In this document: in pieces, positions 1-11,516 of the stretch
Layout: every line of letters starts with the position of its first letter
Numbering within the stretch: position 1 is the first letter of the stretch
DNA from: Anthoceros angustus
Lineage: Eukaryota; Plantae; Anthocerotophyta
NCBI GenBank assembly: GCA_010909165.1
Contig: MU008160.1
Span: 1,302,001 to 1,366,000 of the forward strand
Length of the DNA: 64,000 nucleotides
Reading direction: 5' to 3'
The notes under the pieces: generated by a model
What the model was told of the DNA's origin: nothing
Databases searched by the model: none
The model's input: only the letters and a program-made list of their open reading frames with translations
Translations under genes and position numbers: made by a program

Positions 1-843
1 CAGAGAGGTCAGTGAAAGCGGATAGCGCGATCGCAAGTTTGCTATGCTCTCTGCCCTCTGCTACTCCTTTCTTGCTTTTCTTGGATGCGCGGAGATTAAT
101 CGGGTTGGTGTCTGTCCCCCGCGCGCTTTCTGATGAACAGCACATAAGCAGTCTGATCAGCAGCGTCTGATGCTCGTGTGGTGTTTTGTTCAGGTCTGAT
201 GTGTTTCGCAGGACGTCGCAACCTTACATGGAGCGCCAGCTCGCAGGCCCTAGGCTAGGCCGGTCGTAGTCTCCGATCGCGACCGTCCATCGGCTCTGGA
301 TTCAGCTGGCCGCAACAGACGCACAAGCTGCAGGTTAGTTCAATTCCTCCTTGCACGCCTGGGAGCGCAAGTAGTATCAGGTTTACGCCGGGAGTGTTCT
401 GGATTCATTCTCTTCATGCTCTTCATTCTTCTAGTTTTGGAACTTGAGAGTCGGCGGGAAGGAGGAGGAGCCCTTGATCAGCAGAGCTCTGTGTCTCCTC
501 CGAGATCGACTTGCAGGACGTGCTGTGCGAACGCCTGGATTCAGCTGGCAGCAACAAAAGCACAAGCTGCAGGCTAGGTTAGGTCAAATTCTTCCACGCC
601 TGTCGTCGCTAGCGGTGATCTTGGATTCGTTGTCTTGCATCGAACTTAGGCGTAGGAATGATGGGAAAAACCCTTGATCAGCAGCTGTGCATGCGCAGGA
701 CTTGGCAACCTTGTAGAAGCCACGGGCCAGCAGCAGCGCTGTGAGCCCGTAGCCCTTGGCCCCTCTTCCAGGATCTCGAGCCTTGGATCGTGTAACTTCC
801 CACTGTTGCCAGTATTATTCTACTGCAGGTTTTCTAAAGTTCG

Positions 844-2268
844 ATGCCTAAAGGCAAAGCGAAGGGCAAAGCCTATCACAATGCTGAGGATGTTCATGAA
901 GTCCCCTGGCTATGGGTAGACGAGTGGATGGAGCTGCTCATCCGGAACGACTATTATCTTCAAGTACCTCGAGATGCAGGGACACCGGAGGGCAGCACGG
1001 ACACCAGTAGTACTCCACCGTTACCTTGGCTGTTCTTCAAAGCCGATCAACATTGCTCAACTCCCTATTTGTTGTCAGTGGAGGAAATCGCGGAGACGAT
1101 CACGAGGATCAAGGGAAGGAGACCTCCGCCAGCCCCGCCCACCATGGAGGACTTGCAAATGACGGTGAGAGCTTTGGAGGCGAGCTCGACGTGGACCAAG
1201 CCGGTGAAGAAGCCGCGGAGAAAAAGAGCTCGAACTAGTGGTGAGGGCTGCAGCTTCGCGGGCCAGGAAGGGGCTGCTGATGTCCAGGCAGGGGCTGCTC
1301 ATGTCCAGGAAGGGGCTGCTCATGTCCAGGTAGGGGCTGCTGATGTCCAGGCAGGGGCTGCTCATGTCCAGGAAGGGGCTGCTGATGTCCAGGCAAGGGC
1401 TGCTCATGTCCAGGCAGGGGCTGCTGATGTCCAGGCAGGGGCTGCTCATGTCCAGGCAGGGGCTGCTCATGTCCAGGAAGGGGCTGATGTCCAGGAAGGG
1501 GCTGGTGACCAGGACTCGATTGCTAAGGAAACTTATTACGGAGTGCAATGGCATATTGGGAACCAGAGACACGAAGTGCAGATCCAGACGCCTTTGGACT
1601 CGCGTAATCCTAGAACGGGTTACAGGCAGACGTATGTGGGGAGTTTTGATACTCCAATAATGGCAGCCGTGTTCAGGGACCTAGTGCAGATCAAGCTCTA
1701 CCTATCTGGGCTCAGGATGCAAAAACGAGTTCGAGTGAAGGTGAATTTTACAGAGCGTCACATGTTACAGGAGTATTTGGAGCGCCTGCAACGGCCAGAA
1801 TGGGTGGCTCTTACGGATTGGCGAGAAGTTCTCCAATACGTCAAGAGGGAAGCGCAACCTGGACGCAGCATCGTACCCCGTCATTTATGCGGAGACCTGC
1901 CACACGGTGTGTACATCAGAGGAAGGTGCCAAACCATTGCTGACATACCTGATCGACAGTCCCGAGGCACTAAGTATGAGGCTCATGTGTTCGATACCAA
2001 TTCGGGCAGATCAGGCAGATACCAAAAGATTCCGAACAGGGAAATGCCATCGACGACTATGCCGAAGATCCGGAGGTTCCAATGGGATACAGCAGAGAAA
2101 GCTGGAAGAGATTACGATCGGGAAGTAATCAGGTTGGGACTTTATGACACCAAGGAGCTGAACCATCCGTTGACAGCTTACTTGCCTGAGCTTCTGGCTT
2201 CACGAAGATTTCAGCGAGAGTTGGACATTCTGTATGCGTGGGTGACGTACAAGGCCGAGGCTGTGTGA
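844..2268 (+). CDS. Intronless, divergent double-AP2-domain-like protein, copy 1 (474 aa)
   Basis: Domain 1 is YYGVQWH...YVGSFDTPIMAAVFRDLVQIKL...VNF. Domain 2 is LPHGVY...KYEAHVFD...WDTAEKAGRDYDREVIRLG...LNHP..Y. Both echo AP2/ANT motifs (YRGV, YEAHLWD, TAEEAARAYD, NFP..Y), and the EYLERL...EVLQYVKR linker resembles the AP2 inter-domain linker. Confidence 0.65.
   Translation: MPKGKAKGKAYHNAEDVHEVPWLWVDEWMELLIRNDYYLQVPRDAGTPEGSTDTSSTPPLPWLFFKADQHCSTPYLLSVEEIAETITRIKGRRPPPAPPTMEDLQMTVRALEASSTWTKPVKKPRRKRARTSGEGCSFAGQEGAADVQAGAAHVQEGAAHVQVGAADVQAGAAHVQEGAADVQARAAHVQAGAADVQAGAAHVQAGAAHVQEGADVQEGAGDQDSIAKETYYGVQWHIGNQRHEVQIQTPLDSRNPRTGYRQTYVGSFDTPIMAAVFRDLVQIKLYLSGLRMQKRVRVKVNFTERHMLQEYLERLQRPEWVALTDWREVLQYVKREAQPGRSIVPRHLCGDLPHGVYIRGRCQTIADIPDRQSRGTKYEAHVFDTNSGRSGRYQKIPNREMPSTTMPKIRRFQWDTAEKAGRDYDREVIRLGLYDTKELNHPLTAYLPELLASRRFQRELDILYAWVTYKAEAV
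1268..1510 (+). repeat. Coding 21-bp minisatellite (~11 units, heptad xGAA[D/H]VQ)
   Basis: gggctgct(g/c)atgtccagg(c/a)ag repeats in frame. Confidence 0.95.
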
Positions 2269-2440
2269 CAGAAAAGCCCGAGGCCGAGGCCGGGTTAAAT
2301 GAACGTCTCGTGAGAGGATCAGATCCTCATGTCTATCTTTCAATTCTCAGACTCCCCAGTGGTTGCGGCTGTGGCTGTGGTTGAGGCTTATGGTCTCCAC
2401 TCCCACCTACCTCCTCCTTGCCTTCCAGTCCTCTGAAGAT

Positions 2441-3160
2441 AGCTTTTCATGTAGCAAGACTTTACTGGTATGCCAGTGTTCTGGGTTCGAGAAGCTTTGA
2501 GCTTTTCATGTAGCAAGACTTTACTGGTAAGCCAGTGTTCTGGGTTCGAGAAGCTTTGCTTGTCTCCAAAGTGTCCCAATCCACTCCCTCTTCCAAGTTC
2601 CAATTTTCGATGGGCTAGACAAGCTTGGTTTTCTGTCCCGAAAGTGTCCCAATCCACTACCTCTCCCAATTCCATCTGGGCTGGAAAAGCTTGGCTTCGG
2701 TCCCGAAAATGTCCAACCCACTTCTCAGCCAATTTTCGCGGGTTGGAGAAGCTTGGCTTCGGTCCCGAAAGTCTCGGTCTACTCCTCTTCCAATTTTTGC
2801 CTCCTCCTTGAATATTTCATTCCAAATGAACTGGTCTCGTTTAACTAACAAAACTTGAGACTAACAATTCTATCATATGTCTCTACTCTAAGAATGGGAG
2901 ACCTTGTGCTTCCGGTCTACCTCATAATCATATATCTTTAAACTTTATGTTTTTTTATGTTATCATGATTATAGGGGTCTATCCTCCTAACCATATATCT
3001 TTCAATCTTCTGTTCTTTTACATATATCTTTTAATCTTGTATTCTTTTATCATGTGGATCTCATGACTCAAGGCAACCATATATCTTTCAATCTTCTGTT
3101 CTTTTCCATATATTTTTTAATCTTGTATTCTTTTATCATGTGGATCTCATATCTCAAGGC
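2441..3160. repeat. Degenerate tandem repeats (60-bp duplication, ~60-bp units, AT-rich ~80-bp units); probable retroelement remnant
   Basis: agcttttcatgtagcaagactttactggta x2; aagcttggcttcggtcccgaaa x3-4; catatatctttcaatcttctgttc x2. Confidence 0.7.
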
Positions 3161-3319
3161 TGAGAATAAGTCTATCCTCGTCACCTTATATCCTTCAAAT
3201 TTATAATCATTGTAGGTCATTTTCATGTGAGGTCTTACCATCTCGGGACGGAAAGTAATAGATAGATAGTCACGTCTAAAGCTACCTTAGGAGAACAAAA
3301 TATACAAGTTATGCAGCAC

Positions 3320-4079
3320 TGTCGCATGAGGTAAACACTTGAATTCATATAAGCACTTCCTTGACCAACAAACAAGCAAACAAATCTAATACGCAGATAT
3401 ATAAATGCAACCAATAACAACATCTAATACGCAGATATATAGGTGCAACCAATAACAACATCTAGTACGTAGATATATAGGTGCAACCAATAACAACATC
3501 TAATACGCAGATATATAGGTGCAACCAGTAACAACATCTAGTACGCAGATATATAGGTGCAACCAATAACAACAACTAATACGCAAATATATAGGTGCAA
3601 CCAATAACAACAGGAGGGAGTAGCTCGCGCATCGTGGCACAAATACACTCTCCCTACGAGAACAACACGCAAATTCCTCACACATCGCTCTCGGAATCAT
3701 AGCTTTGGCCTCCTCACAACACCCTTGCATTGCATATCTAGAGGACAAGCTATGATCTGAGCTTGTCCTCAATGGAAGGGTCTATATATACTAACCCTTG
3801 GCATCGGCATATTCCTAAGATATCCTATTGGTATCAGCATATGCCGGAAATATCCTAAGAATACACTATAATATGCAAGGAATATGCCAAAGCATATTAC
3901 TTGAGCTTATCCACTTAGCTATTACTAACCATGTTTAATTAACACTAATCCATTCTCAATAACATAAGCATATTAGATTAATTAACACTAATTACTTACT
4001 TAAAGATAAGTAATTGGATTCATTAATGCTAATCAAACACTAAACCCAAGTGCAGAGATTAGTATCACACGGCATGACA
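3320..4079 (-). mobile_element. Probable solo LTR (~760 bp)
   Basis: Termini are TGTCGC...ATGACA, flanked by a 4-bp GCAC direct repeat (3316-3319, 4080-4083). The right ~170 bp is the reverse complement of the LTR-like starts at 40607 and 45225. Confidence 0.6.
3385..3612. repeat. 38-bp minisatellite, ~6 copies, inside the solo LTR
   Basis: ctaatacgcagatatataggtgcaaccaataacaacat in tandem. Confidence 0.9.
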
Positions 4080-4550
4080 GCACGGATGTTGAAACTAAGG
4101 AACACTTTCTTTTGCCTCATCTACAAAATATGAGCTCGATCTTCATTCTGAAGTTTTTTCTTTTTTCCAAACCTTAATTTTATTGGTGCCTATTTGAAAC
4201 AAATTGGAATTTCATAACAAAGTATTTTTCAACCTACCAAATATTTAATACATTTTATACCAATAATATGTAAATCAAATTCAGAATAGTAGTTTTAAAC
4301 TTTAATTCTTTTATGTATCTATGTCAAGTCAGCTCCATGACGAAAATTCTATTGTTAGTGGACTTAAATATACTTCTTCTTCTTATGAGGTATAGTTTGA
4401 GATATTTAGGTTTTTTATCTTAAGTTTTTATTTAAAAAAGAATTTACCGACCTGAAAAAAACTGGGCAAATGGATCATGTGTTATAGATAGATAAAGAAC
4501 CGGAATTTTCACTCCCTGAACTTTCCAGGTCTCATTTCAGGAAATCAAGA

Positions 4551-5200
4551 GTTCTCTATGAAATAGGGAACAAGCATTCGGATTCGTTCCCTGGTAGCTG
4601 GTGATGTTCTCTATGAAATAGGGAACAAGCATTCGGATTCGTTCCCTGTTAGCTGGTGATGTGATGTATACAGACAGTGGCACAGAGCATGATGTGTTCG
4701 TTTCCAGTTGTCTGGGAACATGTATATGCATAGTGCGGGTAGCACAGCCTGTGTTTGATGGACTTAGTGTTTTGATGGACTTAGTGTTAGCAGGTGATGC
4801 GTTTGATGGACTTAGTGTTAGCAGGTGATGTGATGTATATAGATGGACTTAGTGTTAGCAGGTGATGTGATGTATATAGATGGACTTAGTGTTAGCAGGT
4901 GATGTGATGTATATAAACGGTGGCACAGAACGTGATGTGTTCGTTTCCAGTTGTCTGGGAACATGTATATGCATAGTGCGGGTAGCACAGCCTGTGTTTG
5001 ATGGACTTAGTGTTTTGATGGACTTAGTGTTAGCAGGTGATGCGTTTGATGGACTTAGTGTTAGCAGGTGATGTGATGTATATAGATGGACTTAGTGTTA
5101 GCAGGTGATGTGATGTATATAGATGGACTTAGTGTTAGCAGGTGATGTGATGTATATAAACGGTGGCACAGAACGTGATGTGTTCGTTTTCAGTTGTCTA
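4551..5200. repeat. Higher-order minisatellite: 37-bp subunits inside ~241-bp units, preceded by a ~55-bp duplication
   Basis: gatggacttagtgttagcaggtgatgtgatgtatata is repeated; the gtggcacaga..tgatgtgttcgttt anchor recurs near 4677, 4918 and 5161. Confidence 0.9.
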
Positions 5201-5925
5201 GGAACCATGCATAGTGTGGGTATGTGGAAAGTGACCGTCGAATTTGTCCTCTTTGGATAGGCTTACGCTGGAGGACATGGTGGATTTGATGCTCTAGAGG
5301 CTAAATGCCGTACTTCTAATGGTACAAGAGATGTCCAGCTGCATGGTAAGAAGGACTTGTAATTTGTTCTTTCTGGAAATTTTATGTGAGCACAACGCTA
5401 CTAATCTAGGTTAGTGAGTTTTTCTATAATTGAATTCTTCTAGTTCGTGTGTAGATGGCAGCGTGAAAAGATTATGTTGTCGGCATAAGGAGCTAAGGCA
5501 TGAAAGGACTTGCTCTTTGACATCGGTCAGGGAAATAGGGGTAATTATGTCTAGGCAGGTGGTGAACTCTTTCTTCATTGTTGATAGAATAGGTATTCAA
5601 GCTAAACGTATGACCAATCATACTCGTTGGGGTCTATATTCCCTCCATACTCGTTGGGGTCTATATTCCCTCTTTGAATGATCTCTTCTGCTATTAGCAA
5701 TAATATGCTACAGGTTCTGATCTAACCTTAATGCCAAAGGTTCTCTCTTACTTCCTTCAGGAGTTGTTGTTCTGTGTGGAATCTGCACCATGCAAGCTTA
5801 AGGTACTCAGCCTGCTTGCATGCCACTCTTTCAAGGCGCTAGCGCCTCTTGTCACCTTGCATTGGAATGCCATGGGCAGGGCATGGTGGTTTGACTGGAT
5901 GGGTGATCAGGGATGCGAAGCTTCC

Positions 5926-6078
5926 AGAATTAATTTTCATTCGGCATTCAAGCGTTAGGCGTTAGGATTAATTTTCATTCGGCATTCAAGCGTTAGGCGT
6001 TAGGATTAATTTTCATTCGGCATTCAAGCGTTAGGCGTTAGAATTAATTTTCATTCGGCATTCAAGCGTTAGGCGTTA
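5926..6078. repeat. 38-bp tandem repeat, 4 copies
   Basis: attaattttcattcggcattcaagcgttaggcgttag(g/a) x4. Confidence 0.95.
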
Positions 6079-6090
6079 GCTCTGATACCA
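6079..6090 (-). other. Orphan tRNA-iMet primer-binding site of a second, degraded LTR element
   Basis: gctctgatacca is the reverse complement of TGGTATCAGAGC. It is followed by TG (an LTR CA end on the minus strand). Confidence 0.65.
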
Positions 6091-6361
6091 TGAAAATATA
6101 TGGATAATTTTGATTCGGCGTTCAAGCGTTATGTACAGTGGTGAAGCGTCAAAGTGTAACCGTCATAAAAGTGACTTTTCGTATCTAACCTAGTAAGGGC
6201 GAACCCTGCCCTAACTTAGGCGCTATGTTATTAATAACAGCTACGCTGCCTCGCTGCATTGCATCTCGGAAACAGGCCTTCATCCTGTATGTATTGCTCC
6301 AGAGCTGCAGCTTTGCACCCACGTCAGTGACGCTTCCACTCAGGTCCATCGATCCTGAAAC

Positions 6362-9300
6362 TGTTAGAAATCTATAGGATTGGTGCAACACATCACATAT
6401 TAGAGTTATGAGTATAAGTCCTAGAAGTATATAGGATTATCCCAGGAGCGAGATAGGATTTCATACTATCGAGAGTATGACAAGGCCAAAGGCTATATAT
6501 GTATGCATAGCACACCATTTCTAATGTCTTGAACACAGGAATTACTGCTTTCTAACATGGTATCAGAGCATGGTTCAGGAGATGCGTAAAGCACTCTACA
6601 CCACCCTGTGTGGGACTCTTGCCACTTGTCTTCTATTGCATTGTTTGTAGTTATGCACTAAGTGTCCGTGAAAGCTCGCTTGCAATTTGTGAAGCTTGGT
6701 AGTAGTTTTGGTGCGAGGAACTTTTGTCTTGTCTTTGCATAGCTTTCGAGGTGTGCATATGGAGACTACGCGTCAAGTGGAGAAGTTTGATGGCGTGAAC
6801 TTCACATTATGGAAGTTGAAGCTAAAATCTCTTCTCATTGATGAGGATTGTGGAAGTTTGTGGAAAATGGACTTCCGATGGCGCTCGAAAAGGATATAGA
6901 CAAGGATGCGAAAGCCTTGGCTAATATTATCTGAATGTGTCGATGACATTCTCTCACAATTGAGCGAGTGTGTCTCTTCGCAGGATGCATGGAAAATTCT
7001 TTGCACAACGTATGAGAAGAAGAGCATTGTGAGCGAAATGCTGCTGGAAAGTCAATTCTCCAACTTCAAGATGGCTGAGGGCGACACTGTTCAACAACAT
7101 GTCAACAAGTTGAAAAGCTTGGTTGATCAAATGAGGGAGGCAGAGATCAAACCTTCAGAGGGTAAGGTGATCACTGTGCTGCTGAGTAGTTTGCCACCAT
7201 CATGTAGGCAATTTTTATTGTCTTATAGGGCATCCGTAGCGATGCGTCCAAGTGACAATCAACCAACCTTTGATGAGGTGGTTAGATTACTCCTACAAGA
7301 GGAGCTTGATGGTTCTTTCCAGACACAAGGCAACGAAGGCTTGGCACTCTTCTCCAAGAAGGCACATCACGGTGGAAGACCTCGCAAGCCAAGTCTCTAG
7401 AAGGGACAAAGGATACAGATGCAAAGAGAAAGGTGAAAGGCTTTTGTTATTATTGCAGGAAGCCCAATCACCACGCAAAGGACTGTAAAATAAGATTGGC
7501 AGACTTGAAGAAGGGGAAATCATCCCAAGCTAATCAAGTCAGCGAGAAGGACCAAGAACACATCTTCGCGTGCTTCACCAAAAGAGATCAAGCGACTTCA
7601 TCAAAGAAGGATGAGAGTTTGTACCTTGACTCCGGTGCATCCCAGCATTTCAGTTATAACCTTCCTTGGTTCTCAAGCTACGAGGTATTGCGAGGGGCAT
7701 ACGGTGGCGCTTGGTGACAATAGGTCACATGACATCAAGGAAGAGGAGTGTTACGAGTCCATCTTCCGGAGGACAACTGTGTATTAAGGACGTGCATCAT
7801 GTGCCTCATCTTGCGAGGAATCTTCTTTCTGTCGCAAAAATTGCCGATGCAGGTCATGAGGTTGTGTTCAATTCCAAAAGGATTTGGATCCAATCCGAAA
7901 GCTGAGTTATCGAATGCTAAAGTGATTGCTAGGCGTCCGAGTAGGAAATTTGTACAAGTTGTGTGCTTGTGGAAGGCAAGCTTGCACCTTTATGGACAAC
8001 AAAAATAGCATTGGATCTATTGATTTATGGCATCAACGTCTAGGGCACATTGGTGTGGACAATATCAGGTTGATGAAGAACCAACATATGGTTACAGGCT
8101 TGGATTTGAAAGAAGTGGGTGAGCCGCAATTATGCCAAGGGTGCATAATGGGAAAGCTACACCGAACTAAGTTCCCAAAGATTGCAGCGCGACGAGCAAA
8201 GATGGCGCTAGAGTTGGTACACACGGATGTGTGTGGTCCAATGAAAAATCCCACTCATGGCGGAGCCCGCTACATTCTGGTGTTTGTGGATGATTTCACT
8301 AGGAAGACCTGGACATATCTTATGAAGGAGAAATCCCAGGTATTTACACTCTTCAAGGAATGGAAAGCCATGGTGGAGAACGCAAGTGGACAACGTCTGA
8401 AGACTTTGCGTAATGACAACGAAGGTGAATACAACTCCACTAACTCCCGACGCTTTTGCAAGGAGCATGGAATTGGAAGGCAACTAACCATCCCTCACAC
8501 ACCGGAGCAAAATGGAGTGGCGGAGCGCAAACTTAGTCTGGTGGAGGCTAAATGCATGTTACATCATAGTGGCTTGGAAGTACGTTTTGGGGTGAGGTTG
8601 TTACAAAGAACCTATGTTTTGAATCGAGTTCCAACCAAAGCTATTGTTGGAATGACCGAGGAAGCGTGGTCTCAAGCCAAGACATAAGCCATTTGAGGAT
8701 CTTTGGTTCGATGGTTTATGCTCACGTTCAAGCAAACCCGAACAAAATGGGATCCAAAAGGCGTGAAGTGCCTTATGCTTGGATACTCTACTGAGATTAA
8801 GGGCTACCGGTTGTATGATCTTTCAAGGAAGAAGATCATTTTTAGCAGGGACGTTGTATTTAATGAGGTTGTGGAACCCATCAAAGGAGTGGAGCTCCAA
8901 CCCCGGTTATCATGAAGGATCCGACGGCGTATGTTGACGACCGATGAGGATTCGACTATGATGACACTCTTGAGCAACCCGCTCGAGCCCAACGAACCTT
9001 CTCAACAATGCGACATAGAGGGGAGAAAGGGAAATTCGATGTCGCGATTGGAGAAGTAGATGAAGATCAAAGCATTGTCGTAATTGACGAAGAAGAGGAA
9101 GCTCGAAGTATTCGAGAGAGACAACCAATCTTGAGAAGATCAACGAGACAATGGAAACCTTCGCAGAAGATCTTGGAATCCATGAATGCATGTGTGTATG
9201 AGGAGGCATGGTTGGCAGATGCCGGCGAACCACAAAGCCTAAGGGAAGCATTGGAAGGACCAAAGGCAAAGGAGTGGAAAGAAGCCGTGGACAGTGAGTA

Positions 9301-10948
9301 TAACTCTCTTCTCAAGAACAAAACTTGGGCAATCACTCCTCTACCTCACGGAAGGAAGAGCATAGGATCAAAGTGGACATTCAAGATTAAGCGCAAGGCT
9401 GATGGAAGCATAGAGCGCTACAAGGCAAGGTGGGGAAAGGATATACACAAGTCCTGTGTGGATTATACGATACCTTCTCCCCGCCGCTAAGATAGCATCT
9501 ATCCGAGCTCTCCTAGCTATCGCAGCCGCCGACATGGAGATACATCATATGGATGTTACCGCCTCGAATGGAGATCCGGATGAAGAGATCTACATGGACC
9601 AGCCGGAGGGATACGAAATACCGTGACGCGAGGGAGAGGTATGTAGGCTGCTAAAGGCTCAGTATGGTCTTAAGCAATGCCTTGCTTGGTATCGTAAGGT
9701 TGATGTGTTTTTCCGCCTAGAGGTTTCAAGAAAACCAATGCCGATTGGAATATCTATGTGAAGAGAGTGGGAGAATCCATAATTATCATTGCTTATGTGG
9801 ACGATTTGATTATTGCTAGCAATGACATGGAACTCTTAGACTCGAAAGCAAAGCCTTAATGCAAGCTTTGACATGAGAGATTTGGGTGAGCTCCACTATT
9901 CCCTAGGAATAAAGGTGGAAAGGAATAGGGCTAACAAATGATCTCTTTGAGCCAACAAACATATGTGGAGACCATATTGAGCGTTTGCATGCAAGATTGC
10001 AAACCCATGAAGACGCCAATGATCTTCAATGAGAAGCTATCGCAGGAGATGAGCCCTACAACCGAAAAGGAGAAAGAGAAGATAGATAAGACTCTCTATC
10101 AACGTGCGTTGGCTCTTACATATTTGGCAACAGGACAAGGCCCGACATTGCGAGGCGTGGGAGTTGTGAGTCGATTCTTGGCCAACCTCGACAAAGATTA
10201 TCAAGCCAAGAGGATATTCGATACTTGCGGCACAAAACATTGGAAGTTGAAATACCAAAAGGATCGACATGAAGACGCCCATGTGGTTGGATTTTGTGAT
10301 TCAGATTGGGCTGGAGATGTCGATGGCCGCAAGTCTACCACAGGATATGTGTTTATGCTATTTGGGGAGCCATTTCATGGAGTAGTAGGCCACCATCGTG
10401 GCTTTGTCCTCTGAGCGGAGTACATGGCAATATCTCACGCAACAATGGAAGCAATATGGCTACGACGATTGCTCAAGAAATGGGATTTAAGGTAAGGTGC
10501 AACAACCATCTTCAACGACAATCAAGGTTGCATTTACTTAGCAAAGAATGCTACTTTTCACGCGAGGACGAAACACATTGAAGTAAAGCATCACTTCATC
10601 GAGAGAAAGTTCAATCCAAGGAGATAGAGCTAGCGTATTGTCCCACTGGACATGCTGCAGATGTTTTGACCAAAAGGGTTGACTTTAGAGAAGCACGTTA
10701 AGTTTAGCAAGATGTTAGGCTTAAAAGAGTAGCACGATGTGTTGAGTGGGAGTGTTAGAAATCTATAGGATTGGTGCAACACATCACATATTAGAGTTAT
10801 GAGTATAAGTCCTAGAAGTATATAGGATTATCCCAGGAGCGAGATAGGATTTCATACTATCGAGAGTATGACAAGGCCAAAGGCTATATATGTATGCATA
10901 GCACACCATTTCTAACGTACTGAACCTGGGAATTACTGTTTTCTAACA
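6362..10948 (+). mobile_element. Full-length Ty1/copia LTR retrotransposon (4587 bp), gag-pol broken by many indels
   Basis: 196-bp TG..CA LTRs at 6362-6557 and 10753-10948; GAAAC TSD; PBS TGGTATCAGAGC at 6558-6569; purine-rich tract gagtgggag before the 3' LTR. Domain order is copia-type: gag, CYYCRKPNHHAKDC knuckle, LDSGASQH protease, LWHQRLGH and LVHTDVCGP integrase, YVDD RT, CDSDWAGD RNase H. Confidence 0.98.
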
Positions 10949-11516
10949 GAAACGGCCGCGCGCGATCGCAGGTTTGCTGTGCTCTGCCCTAGGCATGCTC
11001 TTCTCCTTTCTTGCTTGCGCAGAGATTAATCCCGGTCGGTGTGTGTCCCCTGGGCCGTAGATGTACAGTAGCTTGCGTGCAGCAGCAATTGATGTGTGTT
11101 GTGCGGTACCGGTGTGGTGTACAGGAGATCTGCATGCTGTATCTCGCGGATCTCGCAACCTAATTCCTTGCAGCGCCAGCACGACGCTAGCTAGGCCTGT
11201 CTTCATCTCCGATCGCGAGGCACGACCAGGATTCAGCTGGCGCAACCAACGCTCAAGCTGCAGGTTAGGTCCATCCCTCCACGCCTGGCAGTTCGTTGTC
11301 TTGCTGTTTGTTACTTCGAAACTTAGGCGTAATCGTGGTAGAACGAACTCAATTGAACCAGCAGCAACTCGGCATGCGCAGGATTTCGCAACCTTAGGCC
11401 ACGGGCCAGCAGCAGGGCTGTGAGCCCGTAGCCCTAGGCCACTCTTCCAGGATCTCGAGGCTTGGATTGTGCAACTTCGGACTCTTGCCAGTATTCTGCA
11501 GGTTGTCTAAAGTTTA

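Noticed and set aside
3385-6078. 38-bp repeat arrays that superficially resemble CRISPR repeats
   Set aside because: Head-to-tail with no unique spacers, no cas genes, and a eukaryotic context.
6558-6569. tRNA-like sequence
   Set aside because: Only a 12-nt PBS complementary to the tRNA-iMet 3' end; no cloverleaf.
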